Of a stretch of DNA of 64,000 nucleotides, positions 50,955-61,279 are shown piece by piece. The notes under the pieces were generated by a model. That model was not told the origin of the DNA. It did not search any database and saw nothing but the letters and a program-made list of their open reading frames with translations. The position numbers and the translations under genes were made by a program. How positions within the stretch are numbered: the stretch's first letter is position 1; every line of letters starts with the position of its first letter. The DNA comes from Mobula hypostoma (lineage: Eukaryota), in contig NC_086097.1 in NCBI RefSeq assembly GCF_963921235.1, positions 89,344,001-89,408,000 of the forward strand, given 5' to 3'.

Positions 50955-51690
50955 TCTGCGGTTAGGGCCCAAAGAGATCTGGTAATACAGGTTCATAATT
51001 CATTGAAAGTGGCGTCACAGGTAGATACGGTCATAAAGAAAGCTTTTGACACATTGGTCTTCATAAATCAAAGTATTGAGTACAGGAATTGGGATGTTAT
51101 GTTGAAGTTTTTTAAGACATTGGTGAGGCCTAATTTGGAGTATTGTGTGCAGTTTTGGTTACCTACCTACAGGAAAGATGTAAATAAGACTGAAAGAGTA
51201 CAGAACAAAATTTCAAGGACGTTGCCAGGACTGGAGGACCTGAATTATAAGTGAAGGTTGAATAGGCTAGAAATTTATTCCCTAGAATGCAGAAAATTAA
51301 AGGGAGATTTGATTTAGGTATACAAAATTATGAGGGGTATAGATAGGATAAATGCAAGCAGGCTTTTTCTACTGAGACTGGATCAGACTACATACAACTA
51401 AAGGTCACAGGTTAAGGGTGAAAGTGAAATGTTTAAGGGAAATATGAGGTGAAGCATCTTCAATCAGAGGGTGGTGAGAGTGTGGAGCGAGCTGCCAGTG
51501 CAAGTGGTGGATGCAATTTCAATTTCAATTTCAACGTTTAAGGGAAGTTTGGATAGGTACATGATGGGAAGGATATGGGGGACTATGGCCCAGGTGCCGA
51601 TCGATGGGAGTAGGCAGTTTAAGTGGGCTGGCATGGACTAAATGGGTCACAGGGCCTGTTTCTATGCTGTAGTTCTCTATGACTAAGCAT
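50955..51690 (+). mobile_element. CR1 3' fragment related to the 9523-13218 copy
   Basis: DLVIQVHNSLKVASQVD..LVRPNLEYCVQFW..YRKDV; tail ggcctgtttctatgctgtagttctctatgact. Confidence 0.88.
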
Positions 51691-52984
51691 TGATGCATAG
51701 TGATAGGATGCTCTCTGTGGTGCACCTATACAAATGATAGAGTAAAACAAATAAAGAATCAGGGGAGGGTTTGCTATGGTGGAAGTTGATCTCTTCCAAG
51801 CTAATTACAGGACGTGAGTGGTTTGTGTAGTTCAAACAATTGGTCTTAACAGCCCTGAGAAATCCCTTCAGTCCACTACTTCCAGCTGGAATGGGATCCC
51901 ACCTGCTGCTTCCAGCATTTATTTTTGTTCTGTTCTGTTTTTACAAACCCCGTGGCTGTGCAGCCCTGCCGGATAGCTGGAGATTATTAATGGAGTACAG
52001 GGGAGGTGAGCCTTAACTTCCCTCCCCCACCATAATCCTGAAGTAATCCTCCTAAACAGAACAACGGAAAATGGGTTAAGGAGATCATGGAAAGACTTTA
52101 CTAAAGGATATGTTTTGGTGTCAGAGACAAGGTGAATGGCACTTTCCACACTTCAAAGAATGCTGAGAAAAAGTTCGTTATTCTCCCACTTTAACATAAT
52201 TTTTGTCAGTCGAGGGTCTGAGTGGAGCGGAATGTCGGGGGTTACAATTATGAATTTGACAGCAGGAGCCGGTGTTCAGCACAGAGCATGGAGATGATAA
52301 AGCAACACAAAGTAGTGGAGTCATGGCAGAGGGCAATTGGGTTCCTTATCGTCACATGGACTGAGTTACAGAGAAAAGCTTAGTTTCTCATGCCGTTCAT
52401 ACCGAGCATTTCATTGCCTGAGTATATTGAGGTGGTACAAGGGAAAAACAATAACGGAATGCAGAATAAAATGTCACAGTTACTGAGAAAGTGCAGTGCC
52501 AGCAGACGAAAAGGTGCAAGGCCATGATGAGGTAGCTTGTGTGGTCAAGGGTCTGTCTTTTCAAACTAGGGGAACAGTTCAGCAGTCTTAAAACAGTGGG
52601 GTAGACATTTTCCTGGAGCTTGATGGAATGTGCCTTTAGGCATTTGTATCATCTGTCTAATTTTTTTGGGGGGGGAGGAAGAAGAGGGAATGTCTGAGGT
52701 AAGTGGGATCTCTGAAACTTTGGCTGCTTTCCCAAGCCAATGAGCAGTGTAGACAGAGTCCATAGATGGGAGGTTGGTTTTCATGATATGGTGAAGGATA
52801 GGTATGGGAAGCTGGGTTGGGATGGACAAAGATCTCTCCAGAGTCGAGAGCACTGTGGACTGAAATCCCACAGAGATTTCAGTACCTAATCCAGGCCGAC
52901 ACTCAGGTAATGAAATGTGAGATGGGCTATCTAGGGACTGACAAATTCCACATTGTACCTCACGACTGGATAGAAAAGAGCCGA

Positions 52985-53230
52985 TGATACTGTTAGAAGC
53001 AGAACAAGAATGATTTCCACAGTGTCCTGGAAGGCATTTCTCCCTTGACCAACACTACTGAAATAGACGATACAGTCATTATCACGTATCTGAGTGTGGG
53101 ATCTTGTTGAGCCAAAATTAGCTGAAAAGACTTCCTATGTTGCAACAGTAACTATACTTCAAAAATACTTTGGACACTGATCTTGTACGAGTCATGAAAT
53201 AAACACATTCCTTTTAAGATGATGCTATAA
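52985..53230 (+). mobile_element. Deu-domain SINE 3' remnant about 230 bp upstream of the PLEKHG exon
   Basis: gtgtcctgg..tcattatcac..gtgggatcttg..aaattagctg..ttcctatgttgcaacagtaactatacttcaaaa. Confidence 0.55.
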
Positions 53231-53455
53231 ATGGAGCTTTAGCAAAGGCTGTTATACAAATGGGCAGGAGTGATTTGACTGGGGTACACCAAAAGAGACT
53301 GGCCAGTTTCTAGGAGCTCTGAGCACAAATGGATCTATTAATGAAATCAATTTGTGACCTTTTTTCTGTTAAGTCAGATCTCTGGATAAACAATAAGTAT
53401 TCCTGTAAGCTTGAAAGGGATGACAAGTTCTTCTTTTCCTTCTCTTCTCTCTTAG

Positions 53456-53883
53456 AATCTCCTCGGACTTCTTCCACCTCTTCATTGAGCAGCCATGACA
53501 GGATGTCTACCGTTACCGTTTCCACCAGCTCCACATCGGTCAACACCGACTGCTCGGACACTGAGCGCCCCGTGAGTGCCAGCTCCTTGAGCTCCCTACA
53601 GGATTGCCACAGCCCCTCGGACACCACGAGCCGACTGGGTGACGATGTCCGAGTGGAGTTGGCTCTGCCCCAGCGCACACTCCAGGCCCAGCGGGAGTGC
53701 AACAACAACAACAACTTGGTGGACCGGACAAACATGAATGTCAACTTCCGTCAGCTCCCTTTGTCTCCCATAGCAACCAGGGCTATGGCCCCCAACCCTA
53801 AGCTGTCATATGTGGACAGGGTTGTCATGGAAATACTCGAGACTGAACGAATGTACGTGCAAGATCTGCGGAGTATCATTGAG
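53456..53883 (+). CDS. PLEKHG3: Coding exon of a PLEKHG-family RhoGEF (N-terminus plus start of the DH domain), most like PLEKHG3
   Basis: Long polypyrimidine tract and cttag| acceptor, donor GAG|GTGGGT. Peptide has ERPVS, NNNNN, PLSP and [32 protein letters not shown] and [12 protein letters not shown] favour PLEKHG3 over PLEKHG1/2 as recalled. Confidence 0.88.
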
Positions 53884-54304
53884 GTGGGTGTCTGACTTTT
53901 TACCTTTTCCACTGGTGGCACAAAGTCATTGGAGCAGAATGCAATGAGGCAGGATGTCAATGAAAGTCAACAGCAAACCAGAAATGCTTTTTGAAATGTG
54001 GTTAACGCCGATATTAAAAGACTAGAAATTCAGACAGTATCATAGCACGAAATAGCGATAATGTTTCCAGTGAAATGACCTATCACAACTTTCTTTGTGC
54101 TCTGTTGAAAAGTCGTTGATGTAAAACCCTGACCATGTTTGCATCTTCATGGAAGCTACCTGATCTGCAGAGTATTTCCAGCTTTTCCGAAACAGGTTGA
54201 TCACCACTGACTTAAATGATGCAAACTTTATTGCTATGTGACGTGAAATGAGCATAGACTCAGAGAGTGTTCTACATTTCCAACAGTCTTAATATTTCAC
54301 TACG

Positions 54305-54660
54305 CAAACATGAGGAAATCTGCAGATGCTGGAATTTCAAGCAACACACATAAAAGTTGCTGGTGAACGCAGCAGGTCAGGCAGCATCAATTGGAAGAGG
54401 TACAGTCAATGTTTCGAGTGGAGACCCTTCGTCAGGACTAACTGAAAGAAGAACTAGTAAGAGATTTGAAAGTGGGAGGGGGAGGGGGCGATCCGAAATG
54501 ATAGGAGAAGACAGGAGGGGGAGGGATGGAGCCAAGAGCCAGACAGGTGATTGGCAAAAGGGATATGAGAGGATCATGGGAGGCCTAGGGAGAATCGTCG
54601 ACTGTACCTCTTCCAATAGATGCTGCCTGGCCTGCTGCATTCACCAGCAACTTTTATGTG
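54305..54660 (-). mobile_element. PLE 3' fragment (hammerhead motif 54403-54440) with an inverted 65-bp terminal copy at 54596-54660
   Basis: Near-identical to 27090-27345 in reverse; 54347-54411 and 54596-54660 are inverted repeats. Confidence 0.88.
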
Positions 54661-54689
54661 GGTTGCGTATTATTTCAGTTGTGTTTTAG

Positions 54690-55050
54690 GTTGGTATTTG
54701 AGGCAGGAAAGTTGTTCTCATTGATAGGTGAGACTAGAACTAGGGGATGTAGCCTCAAGATTCGGGGGAGTAGATTTAGGATGGAGATGAGGAGGAACTG
54801 CTTTTCCCAGAGAGTGGTGGATCTGTGGAATTCTCTGCCCAATGAAGCAGCGGAGGCTACCTCAGTAAGTATATTTAAGACAAGGTTGGACAGATTTTTC
54901 CATAGTAGGGGAATTAAGGGTTATGGGGAAAAGGCAGGTAGGTTGAGATGAGTCCATGGTCAGGTCAGCCATGATCTTATTGAATGGCGGAGCAGGCTCG
55001 ACGGGCCAGATGGCCGACTCCTGCTCCTATTTCTTATGTTCTTATGTTCT
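54690..55050 (+). mobile_element. CR1 3' fragment
   Basis: ETRTRGCSLKIRG..RNCFSQRVVDLWNSLP; tail tcttatgttcttatgttct. Confidence 0.85.
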
Positions 55051-57544
55051 TGTGTATTGATACCTTAATTGAAGAAGAGAAAACTCCAAGTCTTCTGGGA
55101 AAGTGTCAAAGGTGGGGCCAGTTGTCCTATTCTTTAAATGAGTCGGGACAAGTGATCAATTCTTGTGCTTGAATCTGGGTGTACTGTTGGACAAGGGGAG
55201 GATCTCTTGGAAAGGAATGATATGATTCCTCAATCAGGGTTGCTGTGATCAGTATCTGTTCAGCTGAGACAAGGAGTTTATGTTGGATGCTGCTAAATGT
55301 TTTATCTCGCCCTCTCTGGGGTATGTGGCCTTTCTCACTGGGCCTACATGTTGTCTCTTGGCAGTGGGCTCTTCTGCTCTGGACCTGATTCTAATCACAC
55401 ACGAGGTACAAGTGCTGCTATCCGGCACTACCTCAGGCTGTGGTTTTTCGTCCTCTGTCCTAAATGCTCTTCAGAGAGATCAACAGCTACTTTGGCAAAC
55501 TCGCCAGATTGAAATTAGGACAGTCGATGGGCTCTGTACCAGACAATCCCACACAAGCATTACAATTCACATATTTTCCTGTTGTTGCTCACTGCCCTGT
55601 TATGGGCTGGAAGGTATTTGATGAGCAGACAGCAGTTTTTGTTCCTCCTACCCAATGCAGGAACATTTCGCTCCAGTAGTTGGTGCCCACAACAAAGCTA
55701 TAATCCAGCAACTGTCTAGTGTATTATTACTGATTCATGTCAGGATGCAATACCCAAACCACTACAGGATCTTGATCTCATTCGAAAAGCAGTCTGTTAT
55801 TCTCCTGTTGAAGTGTACACATGGCGTGTTGAAGACGAGTTAATGTTGGGTGGTTAATTCATTTTCAAAATTTTAATATGGCATTGGCTGGAAACTTGAG
55901 CAGATTTGCTTGTTGAAATTTTGACTAAGACCTTGCAGACGTTGTGAGAACTAAATCCGATTGTGCTAAAGATGTGTGAGGGTTGTGATGTAGGATTTAG
56001 CTTGTGCCCCTTGGGTATAAGACTGGCAGATGCCAAGTTGGTGCTGAATGCTGATTGGAATGACCCTGTCAATGCCAAGTGCGCAGCCTGTTCAATTGAG
56101 CATAAACTTACATTATGGTAGGCTAGCTCCAGTTAAAAGCTGCCTCACATTGATCCTTGCACACTTGCATCTCTGCAGCGGAAGTTAATTGTCACTGCAG
56201 CAGGGCTTGCACTTATACAGGGGGTGAACCCCAGCTGGGAAACAGCTCCACGAATGGAGGGAGTGAGCATCAAACCTTGGGAAAGGTGCTTGACAGAGAT
56301 GCCCTCGGTCCCTGGGACCAGGAATTCTAGACCTTTGCTCCAAAGGCAGTAACCGTAGTGATGTTCAGTGGTAGAAACTCATCATTAGTGGCCTCAATCG
56401 AGAGCAGTAAGAAGTTGAATGTCTCCATGTGAGTGCTTAGGGTCAGTGAATGCAGCCTCAAATGTCACCTCTCCACAGACGTCAAAAAGGGATCATGATC
56501 AGCCTCTGCATCTTGCTGGGAGATGCTCATCTTGTATGTGCTTGTACCCTGAATAATGGCAACTTGTGAAGGAAGGTGTAGGTATTCAATAGTCTAAGGG
56601 GTAGTTATGGTACCCAAAAATTACTCTCTTTCTTTCCCCACCTCTGCTTCCTGCTTCTGGAGTTTCTTGTGAATTCAGCGTTAGGTAGTGTGTGACATTG
56701 TATTGCAATAGAGAGGAAGGTCAAGCAAATTAAGGCAACACTACCTGGAAAGCTAATCATAGTTTAAACAATTATATTCTCTGTGAAAACGCCATTAGTT
56801 ACAGCCTGGTTGAGAGCTCAGTAACCATCAGTGCTTCATATCCATATTCAGCGTAGGTTTCAATTCACCATCAAGGTGTAACAATGCACAATTCCAGAAG
56901 CCCACCATAAAACTTACTACAATCTTGCGAAAGGGCAAACTGTCCACTGTACTCTGCTACACAGAGATGGATATTAGGGAACCTTTCACAATCTGAAAGG
57001 ATTAAATCCTTTACCATTTAATTCCTGTGATGTAAAACCTCAAGGTGTCTGTTATGGGTGTACAGATTCCCAATGCATCAAACACATTCCTGTTTTTCCA
57101 AAACATAGAAGGAAGGGACTTTGCCCACTTCTGCAGGTATAATCTTTCTATTAAACTTTAGTTCAATTCCACATTGCGGCTCCTTAGGTCAAGAATTTTG
57201 TCTCCCTTTGTGTGATCTTCAAATACTGTTTTATTGGTATTTTTCTGTGACCAAATGACCTCAAAAATATAAACAAACATGTGATGTAAATACAGGATAT
57301 TTCCATGTCTTCAGTGCGTCTTGGACTCCTCTGAAACCTAAAAAGTTGTTTTAAAATGTATTGATTTAAAATTTGATAAGTGGACAATATAGCAGTTTTA
57401 CATGGGAAAGTCCAACATATGATTTGGTCCGCATCTGTTTGGGATACTGTTTAAGAACTTGGGCGAAATCACTGGGGACACGCTACTGTGTTTCTTAAAA
57501 CAGTCCAGTCATAACGTAGATGAAGTCTTGGAATGGCATATGTA

Positions 57545-57885
57545 GCACGGTGGCACAGCTAGTAGAGGAGCTGCCCACAACATCAGAGACCTGGGTTCAA
57601 ATCTCGCCTTGGTTGCTGCCCGTGTGGAAGTAGCATGTTCTGCCTCTCACCTCCTGGGTTTCTTCCAGTTGCTCTGGTTTCCTCCCCTATCCCAAAGACA
57701 TGTTCCATAGCTTAGTTGGCCACTGTAAGTTGCCCCTAGTGTGTAGGTGGAGAAGTAGATTCTGTGGGGAATAGATGAGAATGTGCAGAGAAAAAAAATG
57801 AGATTAACAGAGAATTAGTGTAAATTGGTTGATGTTTGGCACAACTGATTGGGCCAGAAGGTCTGTTCCTCTGCTACATCTCTCT
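57545..57885 (+). mobile_element. HE1/V-SINE-like element
   Basis: gcacggtggcacagc..gacctgggttcaaatc..gtgtggaagtagcatgttct..ggtttcctccc. Confidence 0.75.
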
Positions 57886-58214
57886 CGTTCAATGGCTCAA
57901 CTAAACGGTTGGCAGATGTAGCATGCATCACATCCTCCCTGTGTGTGTATGTGCTCTAGAATGAGAACTGAGCCCCCAGGTTCTGAGTTAGAAGAGAAAG
58001 CTCCAATGCTAAGAGGTAAAGAATCGCTTAGGCTTACTTCCTGACCTCCTTTGACCAGCCAGCCTGAAACTCTGTAGCAGATGCCCAAAAGCCCAGGTGA
58101 GAACCAGAATCTGTTATTACAACTTGTTTTGCTTTTCCCACATGTTCTTCCCTTTGTCATGGTTAGACTACTAATCTGACTTTTGCACTCAAAACCAAGA
58201 GAGCCCTTTAACAG

Positions 58215-59885
58215 ACAAGAGACAATCTTCAGATGCTGGAAATCCAAGCAACACACACAAAGTGCTGGGGGAACTCAGCTGGCCAGGCAGCATCTATGGA
58301 AAGGAGTGCAGTTGACGTTTCGGGCCGAGACCCTCCCTCAGGAATGGAGAAAAAAGGTGAGGGAGGAAAGGAAGGAACATAAGGTGATGAGGAGGAGGAG
58401 AGATGAAGTAAAGAGTTGGGAAGTTGATTGGTGAAAGAGATACAGTGCAGGAGAAGGGGCAATCTAATAGGAGAGGTTAGAAGACCGTGGAAGAAAGAAA
58501 AGGGGGCGGAATACCAGAGAGTGCAGGCAAGGAGATAAGGTGAGAGAGGGAAAAGGGGATGGGAAATGGTGAAGGGTGGGAGGGTGGTGGCCATTACAGG
58601 AAACTCAAGAAATTGATGTTCATGACATCAGGTTGGAGGCTACCCAGACGCAATATAAGGTGTTGTTCCTCTAACCTGAGTGTGGCCTCATCACGACAGT
58701 AGAGGAGGCCATGGATTGACGTGTTAGAGTGGGAATGGAAACTGGAATGGAAATGGGTGGCCACTTTTTCCAGCGGATGGAGCATAAGCCATTCCCCCAA
58801 TCTCCCAATCTACCAGTCTCCCAATCTATGTTGGATCTCACCGATATACAGTAGGCCACACTGGGAGCACCAGACATAGTATATGACTCCAAAAGACTCG
58901 CAGGTGAAGTGTCACCTCACCCGGAAGGACTGTTTGGGTCCATGAATGGTAGTGAGGGAGGAGGTGTAGGGGCAGTAGTAGCAGTTGTTCTGCTTGCAAA
59001 GATAAGTGCCAGGAGGGAGAACAATGGGGAGGAATGAATGGACAAGGGAGTCGGATAGGGAGCGATTCCCTGCGGAAAGCAGAAATTTGGGGGGGCGGGA
59101 GGGAAAGATGTACTTTGTGGTGGGATCCTCTTGGAGATGGTGGAAGTTATGGAGAATTATGTGCTGGACACGGAGGCTGGTGGGGTGGTAGGTGAGGACA
59201 AGAGGAACCCTATCCCTGGTAGGGTGGTGGGAGGATGAGGTGACAACAGGCATGCATGAAATGGAAGAGATGCGGTTGGGGGTAGTGTTGATGGTGGAGG
59301 AAGGGATGCCCCTTTCTTTGAAGAAGGAGGACATCTTCTTTGTTCTGGAATGAAAGGCCTCGTCCTAGGAGCAGATGCGGCGTAGATGGAGGAATTGCAT
59401 TTTTACAAGTAACAGGGTGGGAAAAGATATATTTGAGGTAGCTGTGAGAGTCAGTGGGTTTATAACAGACATCAATAGATAAGCTGTCTCCAGAGATAGA
59501 GACAGAGATCGAGAAGGGGGAGGGAGTTGTTGGAAATGGACCAGATAAATTTGAGGGCAGGGTAGAAGTTGGAGGCAAAGTTGATAAAGTTGACGAGCTC
59601 AGCATGGGTGCAGGAGGCAACACCAATGCAGTTGTCGATGTAGCGTAGGAAAAGTGAGGGAGTGACACCAGTGTAGGCTTGGAACATAGACTGTTCCATG
59701 TAGCCAACAAAAAGCCAGGCATAGCTGGGACCCATGGGAGTGCTCATGACTATACCTTTTACTTGAAGGAAGTGGGAAGAGAAATTAATGAGAGTGAGGA
59801 CAAGTTCCACCAGATGGAAGAGAGTGGTGGTGGAGTGGAATTGGTTGGGTTTGGTCTGGAGAGCTTTGAGGCCTTCTTGGTGGAG
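58215..59885 (-). mobile_element. Longest PLE copy: degraded RT, GIY-YIG, 3' UTR and hammerhead motif (58309-58346)
   Basis: KGIVMSTPMGPSYA, FLRYIDNC (YIDD-like), YKPTDSHSYL, RVPLVLTYHP, CGLLYIGE, RLEEQHLILRLGSLQP; several frameshifts. Confidence 0.9.
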
Positions 59886-60394
59886 ATGTATAGGGACTGG
59901 CTCTCTTAGGTTCTTGATTGGACATGACGTCAAAGGTTACGGGGAGAAGGCCGGGAACTTGGGTTGAGGAGGAGGAAAAAAAAGGATGAGTCATGATTGA
60001 GTGGCGGAGCAGACTCGATGGACCAGATGGCCTAATTCTGCTCCTATGTCTTATGAACATCCATGGTAAAAATAATGCTTTTCAATGTTGCATAGGATTT
60101 GTCCAGTGTGGTGCAATTGCTGAGTTTTGATGGCATTTATTGCATTGTGCCAGGCATATTGATTTACTCTTGAGTGACAGCCCTGCAGAGACTGCATTGG
60201 AAACTGGCCTTTGAACCTTTGCTATAACAAAGGCCTTATTCTACTTGGGCACATTACAGCACAGAGAAGGAAAAGAGATGATTTAACTGAAACACAAAAT
60301 ATGAGGGACCTCAGTTCGTAGAAATGGCTACAGGAGCATGTATTGTTTTGATAGACATGTGCTATACTAGGGAAAGATTTAATGGCAGTGTTAT

Positions 60395-61279
60395 TGAACA
60401 GAGAACAGTACTGCACAGGAACAGGCCCCTTGGCCCACAACACTGAGCTGAACCAATTACATTAGTATTCTTCCATTTTCCTCACATTCATGTGCCAATC
60501 TGAATGTCTCTTTAAAGTCTCTAACATTTCTGCCTGTACCACTACCCCAGGCAGCATACTTTGGGCACCCACCACGTTATTTATATATATATATATATAT
60601 ATATAACAAAAAATTCCCCACACATCTCCTTTAAAATTACCCCCCTTCCCGTAAATGCATGCCCTTTGGTATTAGACATTTCAACCCTTGGAAAAAGATA
60701 CTGTCTATCTATGCCTCTCCTAATCATAAAGATCTATATCAGATCTTCCCTCAGCCTCAGCTGCTCCTGAAAAATCAACCCATGTTTGTCCAATCTCCTG
60801 TAATTGCACATGCCCTCCAATCCAGGCAACATCCTGGTAAACCTCTTCTGCATCCTCTCCAAAGCCTTTATCCTTCCTATAACGGGGCGACCAGAACACT
60901 ATGCAATACTCCAGATGTGGCCGAATTATAGTTTTTTAAAGCTGCAATATTACTTCCTGACTTTTGAACTAGATGCCTCAAGTAATAAAGGCAAGCATGC
61001 CATATGCCTTCTGAACCACCCCCTCAATCTGTGTAGCCACTTTTAGGGAGCTATGAACTTGAATCTCAAGACCCTCTGACTATCAACATGTCAAAGCCCT
61101 TATCGGTGTACTGTTAGTGCATTTGACCTACCAAGGTGCAACTCTTCACATTTAGCTGGGTTAAACTCCATCTGCCATTTCTCCATCCATATCTACAACT
61201 GTATTCTTTGCCAGTCTTCTATGTTATCTACAACACCTCCAATCTTTGTGTCATCTGCAAACTTACTAACCCTACCCAT
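60395..61279 (-). mobile_element. Old CR1 3' part, abutting the + strand CR1 at 61280
   Basis: Reverse complement of 61241-61270 encodes SKFADDTKI; reverse CR1 tail at 60395-60440; internal (TA)n at 60582-60605. Confidence 0.75.

Noticed and set aside
53329..53455. N-terminal part of the 188-aa ORF as coding sequence
   Set aside because: It runs through the polypyrimidine tract and acceptor ([10 protein letters not shown]), so it is intronic read-through; 53884-53895 is likewise past the donor.
23802..53455. Strand bias of hammerhead copies against the sense strand of the intron
   Set aside because: Three sense versus four antisense copies inside the putative intron; no signal.
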